A stretch of 63,496 nucleotides of DNA, filler included, from Intoshia linei (lineage: Eukaryota; Animalia; Orthonectida): assembly GCA_001642005.1 (NCBI GenBank). It is 8 parts of 8 records of this genome, joined end to end, with 100 filler letters (N's around TTAATTAATTAA, not from the genome) between each part and the next. Parts side by side here need not be neighbours in the genome. Positions count along the whole stretch, not along the records: positions 54,641 to 57,924 come from LWCA01002111.1; positions 58,025 to 63,496 come from LWCA01001778.1; 6 more parts are not named here. One strand, 5' to 3'. The notes beneath the pieces were generated by a model. The model was not told the DNA's origin. It did not search any database and saw only the letters and a program-made list of their open reading frames with translations. The translations under genes were made by a program, and so were the position numbers. Shown piece after piece: positions 54,641 to 63,496 of the stretch (positions are counted from its first letter, which is position 1; each line of letters starts with the position of its first letter).

Positions 54641-55379
54641 AATTTTTCGTCCGAAAACCAAACATTTTCCCAATCGGTATTATTAGTAATCATTTCTTTA
54701 CAGTATTTGACTCGAGTTTCCTTATGCTTTTGATTTAAATTTGGTTTTTCCATTAAAAATCGATACCTAATAGTTGTTTCCTTCTTTAAAATTTTCCAAA
54801 TTGATGTCTTAGAAATTCCACAAAGCCAGGCAGTGACCTTTAGAGATTTTTTGTCTTTAATTATATTTTTTTACACTTCTTATCGTTCTTGAGTCTATTT
54901 TACTTGTTTTACCACAATTAGACATATTTTTATTATAATCTGTATTATTTTCTAAAAAATTGAACATATTTTGGATTACGTTCACCGATCTTATAACCAC
55001 ATTTTTTGATCGATTATCATTTATCATTTTCCTTCTAACTTCTAATGGAGTATAATTATCATTGTACATAATTTCAATGAATGTTTGGTCTTCTTTAGTT
55101 AACTTTGTACCTCGTCCCGTTGTATGTGAATTTTTTTGACAGTTAATGAATTAATAAAGTTTTTATTAGATAATTCCTATTTTTAATGAACGACAATAAA
55201 TTTTATCAAATTTTAATAATGATTTTTACAATTAATTATGTTTGTTTTTTAAACCTTAAATTTATATCTTGTGTTCTAGTCATATTTTCATACTTATTAC
55301 GGATTTTCAATATTTTATGTCTGTTAATAACTATTAAAAATGAAATTAATTAAACTTCCTATTATTCTTGAACGGAGTG
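54641..55379 (-). mobile_element. Tc1 element 5' half
   Basis: Terminus ...GAACGGAGTG|TA; GRGTKLT N-terminus; EKPNLNQKHKETR; WENVWFSDEK at the gap. Confidence 0.8.
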
Positions 55380-55739
55380 TAGTAAATTTTATAAAATTTG
55401 TTTCTCGGTGATCACTGATTAGTTAGAAATTGTTAATTGAACTATATTATTATTTTACGTTTTAACAAGTCATTAGTTTGTAAATATATATTATATAATG
55501 TTTATATATTTTATTAAACTATTGATTATTATTAAAATTTTATCTGGCATGATTAAACCTATTTATATGTCCCGATGTTATGCATTTTTAACCAGTTTAA
55601 TTATAATTTGTTATAAATAATTATTTATATTGGTAAATAAATCAAATGATTAAATATGCATCGTTAAACGATTAGCTCCAATTTTGAGATGTATGCAATG
55701 CATATATAATGATCAATTGTATAAAAATGTGAAATTTAG

Positions 55740-56110
55740 AGACTGATATTATTTCAAAGTTTGCTCACTTGGAGTTCAAATACGGTGATTCCGGAAGAGG
55801 TCGAACCATGTTTGAAAATCTGTTAGCCTCTTACCCTAAACGACTGGATGTTTGGTATGTTTACGTGGACCAAGTAATCACCAGCAAGGATTACGACTCT
55901 GCGCGGTATTTCTTAAATGTACCTATTATTATAACCCCTTCATAGTAAAATTTTCGATCGAATGGTGCGAATCAAAGTGTCTACTAAAAATAAACGACAA
56001 ATTTTTAAAAAGTATATTGAATTTTCTAAAACCCACGGATCACCTGTGGAATGTGCCAAAATTAATACAGAAATGTCGAAATCCTTATCAATTGACAATA
56101 TAATGGAATA
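55740..56110 (+). CDS. RRP5: RRP5/PDCD11 C-terminal HAT repeats (3' exons only)
   Basis: IISKFAHLEFKYGDSGRGRTMFENLLASYPKRLDVWYVYVDQ | IFDRMVRIKVSTKNKRQIFKKYIEFSKTHG. Upstream exons are not evident. Confidence 0.8.
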
Positions 56111-56561
56111 AAAATGTACATTTGTAAATAATTCCACGAATTAAAATTTAAATAATCAATTTTTTATAAATTAAACATTAACTTGAAATATGAAATTTAT
56201 CGAGAAAATAATGAATTGAATAATTGCTTACCATCTGTCTTGAATATATTTGCTTTGAAAAGTATTGATTAAGAAAGAATTTTACCTTTAATTCGTTATT
56301 GTCTTTTTTAGCAGATGCCTTGCAACGATCTGTTCTATACAAACATGTACTATTAAATTTCTGTTTTATCCATTTTGGCATAGGTTCCAGTAATGACAGG
56401 ATGATATTATTTATATTCTCAACTTTTATTTTTGTTTTTTTAAAAAGTGCATTACGCGTACAATTCGGCACAACAAATTGAACGCATAGATGTACTTTTT
56501 AAAGAAACAATGAAACCCGTTTTAGTATATTTTAATAAGCTTTTAATTTTTAAAGATACGG

Positions 56562-56813
56562 ATGGTTCGCGATATTAATTCTACAAGCATCATAGTTCGG
56601 CCAGTTTCTGGAGGTCAAGACATGGTAATACGAGTCTATCCATATGAACATCTCAGTGTTATTCGACAACAAGTTCAATTAAGAATTGGCCCAACGATGG
56701 AATCATCAAAATTAATGTGCAACGGAGAAGAATTGAGCGACGATCTTACTTTAAATGATTATAGTCTGGATAACTATCAAATTTTAATGATTGAAATATT
56801 TAAAAAAAATTAA
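56562..56813 (+). CDS. Small single-exon ubiquitin-like protein
   Basis: 83 aa with beta-grasp pattern IIVRPVSG...KLMCNGEELSDDLTLNDYSL; no C-terminal GG. Confidence 0.7.
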   Translation: MVRDINSTSIIVRPVSGGQDMVIRVYPYEHLSVIRQQVQLRIGPTMESSKLMCNGEELSDDLTLNDYSLDNYQILMIEIFKKN

Positions 56814-56850
56814 TTTTAAATAGTAATCGTTTTAATAAATATTTTACATT

Positions 56851-57790
56851 TTAAACATCTATAACTGAATATTTTTCTCCTCTCGAAATTGTAATGTCTG
56901 AGAAAGTGGTTGATTGTTGGGTATCAATGCAAGTATGTTTTGATAGGACCAAAAGGTCGTAGAATAGTAACGACGCAGTTTTTCTGCTTGTTCGACGTGT
57001 AAAAGTTGAAAACTTTATCGAATTTTGCGATTTTAAATTTTCTGATATTGACATTGCCATTTTTTTTGTAGAGCTACGCCAATAAGATGTTTCAGTGTTC
57101 ATTCCAATTTTTTCAAATTTATCCAATTGTAAATCCTAAAATATACGTTAATAAAACAAGTCAAGATGGTAAATACATTGGTATTTTCGCAATAATCTAC
57201 TGTTGAATCAAATCTTGCCATTTTACTAGCATCAAAGGTAAGAGTTGCTTCCGATAAATTATCCATCGGGTTCATTATGGTGCTCACTATAAGTAATGTA
57301 ATTAACAAAAATTAACAAGAATAACCTTCATCGAATCGCATTTTTTCGTCTTCAATTTCAGGTAAATGGCTAGTCATCAAAGTATTGTTGAAATCGGAAA
57401 TCATGTTGATTTTAGAATAGTTTTGACCCACAAAGGTCATTTTTTGAAACATCTAAAAGATTCTGGTCAATGGTTTTAATTATCTGACATATTCTCAAAA
57501 AATATTTCCGGATATTTTGTAGCTTCATCATAATATGAATGAAATTTTCATTTCATTGAAAACACCAAAATTCAGTATTACATATTGTAAATGATAAACT
57601 TGACAATTACGCATTGTTTCTAATTGTGCTTTGAAAAAAACTGAGACAAAATTTACGGTAATTAATTTTCCCAGAATTTCCCGAAAAAAATTGAAACATA
57701 CCTGTATTTGATTTATGCTTGTTATTACTATGAAAATATGATTATATTATAATATTTAAAATTTACCATTTCAAAGATCCCACCACTAAT
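56851..57790 (-). CDS. Rad21/Rec8 kleisin, C-terminal winged-helix end (partial)
   Basis: FSTFTRRTSRKTASLLFYDLLVLSKHTCIDTQQSTTFSDITISRG matches the Rad21_Rec8 C-terminal consensus. Upstream exon limits are approximate. Confidence 0.75.
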
Positions 57791-58710
57791 AAAATTTAAT
57801 CAAAAACACCATTTCAAGCCCTCATAGAAAAATTGACTTATAGTGTAAGTCTTACACCGATATTCTTTTCAAAAATCCACTTCATCAAACCACAAATAAA
57901 AAATCTAATTTTCCAGTCCTTAATNNNNNNNNNNNNNNNNNNNNNNNNNNNNNNNNNNNNNNNNNNNNTTAATTAATTAANNNNNNNNNNNNNNNNNNNN
58001 NNNNNNNNNNNNNNNNNNNNNNNNGTTACACTGACTAATATTATTTTATTTGTATTCCGAATCGGATCAACATAACATACCTTTTTTTACATCTAAAAAA
58101 CATAATACAAAATGATCACATTTACTGTTTTCTGTATTGACAATATTTTAAATTTTGATAAAAAGTTATAATAGGTTTACTGATTTATTGTATCCTTAGT
58201 GAGGATTCATCAAAATACGATAAAATATATTAAGTATTCTTGTCGAAGAGTCAAAAATATTTTTTATCAATAATTAATAGATTCAGTCTATTTAAAAACA
58301 TTTTTCTAGTAAGTGAAGGAATGTTACCAATCCTTCACTTATATTTAATAAAACATAAATTCTGGGACGCGTTTTAAAATCATTAACATTTTCATAAATC
58401 TTAGCATTAGAAACGCATACCTTTACTGTCAAAACCACAAATTACCATTGGTTTTAAAAATAAATCATGTCTTAAACTTTTATAAAACATTAATTTTAAA
58501 ATCATGAGCATTATCATGAATAGCAATCTCACAAAAGTTTATTTTCACGATAAAGCCCATATTACCTTTTTTTAAATGAAAATAGTCCTAGAATTTAAAA
58601 AAAAACACAGTTCATCAATCAATGTACATAAAAGTAATTTATTCATGTAATTTGACAAAAATATTTAATTAGAAACTATCTAAATCGCAATTAAATATTT
58701 CCATTAATAA

Positions 58711-59942
58711 CCCTTTGAAAAATTTTGGATAAATTTTTAAAAATATAAAATATTTATTTGAACATTTGTAGTAAAAATCATCAATTAAATAATAAATTAC
58801 ACAATGTATGTAAATGCAAAAAAAAAGCATAAATTTACTAAAATGGCATGATAGAAAAGTGCTTTGTTATATATCCACATTCCACAACATCAAAAATGTT
58901 CATAAAACTTCAACAATAACAAAACCAGTTATGATTACTCAATCTGATAAAAATATGGGTGGGGTTGATAGATTCGATCAAATGTTGAAGTCATATTTTT
59001 CTAAACATCGAAATAAAAAATGGACAGTTAAATTTTCAATTTATATTATACATATGTTAATTCATAATTCATATGTATTATATAAAGAATACTCTAAAGA
59101 CCCCGAAAAAGTAAAAAAACATTTTCAATACAGGATGGATTTAAGTGAATATTTGAATGAGTTCAATGAATTCAATTTCAATTACGAACACTGTACCCTT
59201 ACTTTTGGATCATAAAATAAGTAAATTTAACATTAAAAGACACAATTGTAGTTTATGTTATTCAAAGAATATAAGAAAGACAACGTGTTACCACTGTGTA
59301 GTGTGTTTAAAGTCATTATGTGCCTACTTTTGTTTTTTTGAATATCATACATTAATTTGGCGTGATATGAACATATCCGAAGAATCATCTGAAAATTGTT
59401 AATAAATAATATGTATATTGTAAATTTAATCTAATTTCAATATCTATCAGTTTAAAATATATATAAAACCCTTTTGGTATTTTTGTCATATTCTTCATTA
59501 AAACACCCTTTCGTATTTGTAAAATATTTTGAATACATTTATGTACGTTTTGTTTGAAATTTTCAGATATTTTGAATCCACCTATATACGTATCGGCTGA
59601 AATCTACTGATTTCATAAATACGTGTATACGTAAAACTTGAAATTTGCTTATTTCATCATTACATCTTTCAAGAATTGACACAATAGGGTAAAATATATC
59701 AAAATATAAAAATTCAATCATTCTAATTATTACAAAATTAATGTAAAAAACCCTTTATAAAATGGTGGAATGGATAAATTTACATTTATATGTGGAATGG
59801 ATAAAAAATTAAAGTAAAAAAACCCTTTATAAAACAATGGAATGGATAAATTTCGTAAAATTAAATTTACATGTATATGTGTAATGAATCAATCTCGTAA
59901 AAATAAATTTACATGTATATGTGTAATGCATTCCTCAAAGGG
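58711..59942 (+). mobile_element. Internally deleted piggyBac element
   Basis: ATAA|CCCTTTGA ... TCAAAGGG|TTAA; KWHDRK..ISTFH, NMGGVDRFDQ, Cys-rich tail CSLC..CVVCLKSLC..CFFEYH; subterminal direct repeats at 59740-59930. Confidence 0.88.
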
Positions 59943-60558
59943 TTAAGTTATTTTTGTTTTCCATAGATACATAGAAACTGTTTGGCCTATATTTTCCTTC
60001 AACGAACTGTTTGGAAAAAAATAAAACATTATTTGTTGGCCCATACGATCGTGCTATATTTTTATCTAGGCGTATTCAAGATGTCGAAAAGTTACGATTT
60101 GTCGTCTAATGTAATCAATTAAAAAGTGCATCTTCTGCAGATTTACCTGATTTTTATACCAACTTGGTATTATGTAACATAAGAAAGTACATACCTTTCA
60201 ATCTAGTTACGTTACATACGTAACGATTACCCATAAAATCTTTTTTTTATTTTTATTTTTACAAAATTAATCAACTTTATTTCCTTTGTAAACAATATAT
60301 AGTTAAATTGATGTTAAAAGTTTAACAAAAATAGACGAAACTATTCTTACAAATTGTATTCATAGGCACCATTTATTGCGCTGAAATTGTATTTCAAATT
60401 AGGTGTTACTTTATAAATTTCTTTCTGCCACTGAACTAACTATACAAACAGCTATACAAACAATAATTGGCAAATATTTGCTTATCAATACATTTTATAG
60501 AAAAATACAAATTGAAGTAAGTTTTTATTGCAATTTAATCTTGTAGCAAATTATTTAG

Positions 60559-61498
60559 ATGGAGGAAGAAAATTCTGAAGATGCTTCATACAAAATCCCA
60601 GTTCACGTTTCACTCAATGAACTTGTAAATAAAGACAAAGAGGACGAATCGTTGAATTTATATAAAAAAAAACTATTGGGTGAAAACTATGATTGTCCTC
60701 CAGTCAGTACGTTTCAATTTATCAAATTTTAATGCTAATGCTTAATAACTTAATAATTTGGCCCATTAACTAAAATTTATATAGGACCCAACGATCAGCG
60801 TATCTGCATTCCTGTATCCTTGAAAATTATCGTACCATTCGACAATGCAAAGTATAAAGAGGGTAAAGGTTTAGTTTTTTTGTTATTAAAAAAATATATA
60901 CTTTTTAGATTATCGCAGCATTCGAGATATCGAACACAAAGTCCATTATGAATTAACACTAGATCAACGTAATAAATAAATATTATTAATAATTTTCGCA
61001 TTTAATCAATTTTAGCCGATACCACGGAGATTGTTAATGATAAGGTTGTTGAGATGAAGGAAGGAACGTTTTATTGTACTGAACTTTCATTCTACGTTCA
61101 ACGAGAAATTGGTAATTTTTTTAAATATATATATAATTTCGAAATTTTGAAAGGTACTTTACATTCACATTTAGTTCATGGCCTACAATGTAAAACACAC
61201 TTTTATCGAAAAGGAATTAAAGGTTTTTTATTTTTTTAGTAAAATGACTGTTAAAAGTGCAAAAACAATTATAAAAACACTATATTATCAATGGATTAAT
61301 TTAGTTCCCGGTGAATCCGTATCAAGTGTTATGGGTAGTTATGGACCTAAACCGGACTTACAAGTCTTTACGTCAAAAACTACAATGATACCCAATGGTT
61401 GGCTGTGTCATGGAAAGTACAAAGTCATCAACAAGATTATAGACGATGATAATAACAATATTCTAACTATTAAATGGTATATCGATGTTAAGAAATAA
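60559..61498 (+). CDS. RhoGDI: Rho GDP-dissociation inhibitor
   Basis: KDKEDESLNLYKKKLLG; MKEG..Y..SFYVQREI|VHGL...RKGIK; MGSYGPK; PNGWLCHGKY; DDD...W; five short introns. Confidence 0.92.
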
Positions 61499-61530
61499 TT
61501 TTCTACTTACAAGTAGTTTTAATAAATCTT

Positions 61531-61906
61531 TCACATTGATTCAAATATTTCTAAAATGTTTAAATTTTCTTTCTAAATAATAATGTTAATTTTTTAAATG
61601 TGGTGTTCTTACAACTGAACATTCGAAATAATCTAAATTGTTGTTAGTAGAAAATTCCGATATACATTCAGAGTTTACTCGTCCCAAATAATTGTCCAAA
61701 TCAGATTTATTTCCAATTAAATAACCTATTTTTATGTTTAACATTAATATCAAATAAATAATGTATAGTTGGAAGTATTCCATTATTTTACCTTTATTTA
61801 GGTTCGGATAATTTGTTTTTAATTCGTTTAGCCACGTTTTGCAGTTTTTGAATGATTCTTCATCGGTAATATCAAAGATTAAAACGAAAATTTGAGGGTT
61901 TTGACA
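61531..61906 (-). CDS. Rab-like small GTPase C-terminal exons, IFT27/RABL4-like
   Basis: PQIFVLIFDITDEESFKNCKTWL | GYLIGNKSDL...YFECSV | KENLN. The 5' exons are unclear. Confidence 0.6.
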
Positions 61907-61933
61907 CTAATTTTGGTTATTATAAATTTATAA

Positions 61934-63152
61934 TCTTTTACTAATATAAAATTGAATGTCTGTGTGTGTTTGTTACCGTTAATTTAAAGAATTGACAGTC
62001 GTAGAATTTAAAATAATTTAAAAAACCAAACTTCTAAGACAATTTTGCCCAGAGCGTGTCTATATTTCTTGCAGATTCCAAATTTGGATCCTTCAAGGTC
62101 AAAAACTCAATTTTCTTTTTTCTTTAAAAAATGACTCAGCACAAAAATTTAATAAAACATACATTCTGGGACGCGTTTTAAAATCAACCACAAATTAACT
62201 TTGGTTTTAAAAAGTAATTAATGTCCTAAAATGTTATCAAACATAAATTTATAAATTGCGTAGCAATGAAAAAAAGTCCGAAGGAATAAATTATATAGAT
62301 TTACATCCATATTTCTTTATTGGAAATGTGTAGACGTTCAATGCACATTTTTTTTAAAATTAGTAATATTTACATTTTCAATTTTTATTTTAACCGAAAT
62401 ATTTGAAAAATATTGGTTGATAATATATTAAAAATTATTTTTCACTGGGAATGCGTAGATTTCTGGTGTCAAAATTTTACATTTATATCAACTGGAATAA
62501 GGTCTATCAGAATAATCTTTTTTTTTCATTTTCGGACCGTTAATTATTTCACATTTTTTGTTTTAATAAAATATTTTGGAAATATATGAATATTAAAATG
62601 CTTTTTTGACCGTGAAGTCGTCACTTATTCGGATTGAGACCTTTAATTATTTCACATTTTTTGTTTTAATAAAATATTTCGGAAAAAAAATATATGAAAA
62701 TTAAATGCACTTTTTCGACCGTGAAGTCGTCACTTATTCACATTAAAAATTTTTTGTGTGTATTAACAGGATACAACTGTACATACTGTCAATTTTTTTA
62801 AAATTCTAGGGCTGTTTTCATTAAAAAAAGAAGGATCATTTGGTGTTTTGGCTCTGAAGATATAATTTTTTTAAATTTAAATGTATGATAATGATTATGA
62901 TTTTAAAATCCGTATCAGCATATATATTTTTTTAAATTCTTCAACTCGTTTGATTTTCAAAAAAAAGACAATTGGGGTTTTTGACTTGTAAGATGTGGGT
63001 TTTTTAGGTTGAAATTTATTTTGCTAACACCCCCAGTAAAAACTGTAATTGAAATTTATGGATTTTATAAAATTCTAAGACTGGTAGTTATTGAAATAAA
63101 GTGGAACACACACACAAACAAATATTGTGTAGCATATTATATAAGTAAGGAT
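61934..63152. mobile_element. Two opposed Helitron-like repeats (plus from 61934; minus from ~63152)
   Basis: TC..TACTAATATAAAA+(TG)n 5' end on plus; TCCTTACTTATATAAT+(TG)n 5' end on minus; internal ~120-nt tandem duplication at 62536-62745. Confidence 0.6.
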
Positions 63153-63496
63153 TTGGTTACCATATTTTCCCATAGTCAATGTTAATAGAAAAATATTTTT
63201 ATAAATAAACAGACTTAATTTTTGTATAAGCGACCAAGATATCAACTCATTATGGTAACGTCTATTCATAAATGTATGGGAAAAAATTTCAAAATTCAAT
63301 TCAAAATTCATCAAAATTTTTAATTTAGTTACTAAAATAAATAAAAGCATAACATAAAATTTAAATATTTATAGTAAATAAGTGGAAGGGTTAAATGGTG
63401 TAGAAATTAAATTTTAAATTGTTTCACAAGATTAAATCACTGTTCATGAATAATTGCATTAAAGTAAAATTTTTGTAAATTTAAGCTTAAATTTCG

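Noticed and set aside
56178-56471. 97-aa minus-strand ORF
   Set aside because: Non-ATG start with an in-frame stop just upstream; no recognisable domain.
59740-59930. Direct repeats as a CRISPR-like array
   Set aside because: Irregular subterminal repeats of a piggyBac end in a eukaryote; no unique spacers and no cas genes.

Overview
Very AT-rich animal genomic DNA with many tiny (about 35-45 nt) GT-AG introns. This looks like a compact invertebrate genome; an orthonectid such as Intoshia is a guess from style only. The window is eight contigs joined by seven identical 100-nt spacers (44 N + TTAATTAATTAA + 44 N), so adjacency across spacers is unproven. Host genes: a partial giant EGF/pentraxin/HYR/GCC-repeat protein, C12orf56-like, GATB, NCOA5-like, a coiled-coil repeat protein, RASSF7/8-like, the RRP5 3' end, a ubiquitin-like protein, a Rad21/Rec8 kleisin 3' end, RhoGDI and an IFT27-like GTPase. 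Two tracts (about 14-32.6 kb and 47-51.4 kb) lack intact genes and are packed with mostly same-strand transposon fragments (Tc1, pogo, hAT, piggyBac, Chapaev3-like, Ginger-like, LTR). Main discovery: a degraded endogenous RNA-virus RdRp of the virga/nege-like type with PERMUTED palm motifs (C-A-B) at about 14.4-15.6 kb, split by a hAT MITE. A probable second replicase fragment lies at about 45.0-45.4 kb. The first sits in a strand-biased fragment archive resembling a uni-strand piRNA cluster. All family assignments come from motif recognition by eye; no database searches were run.
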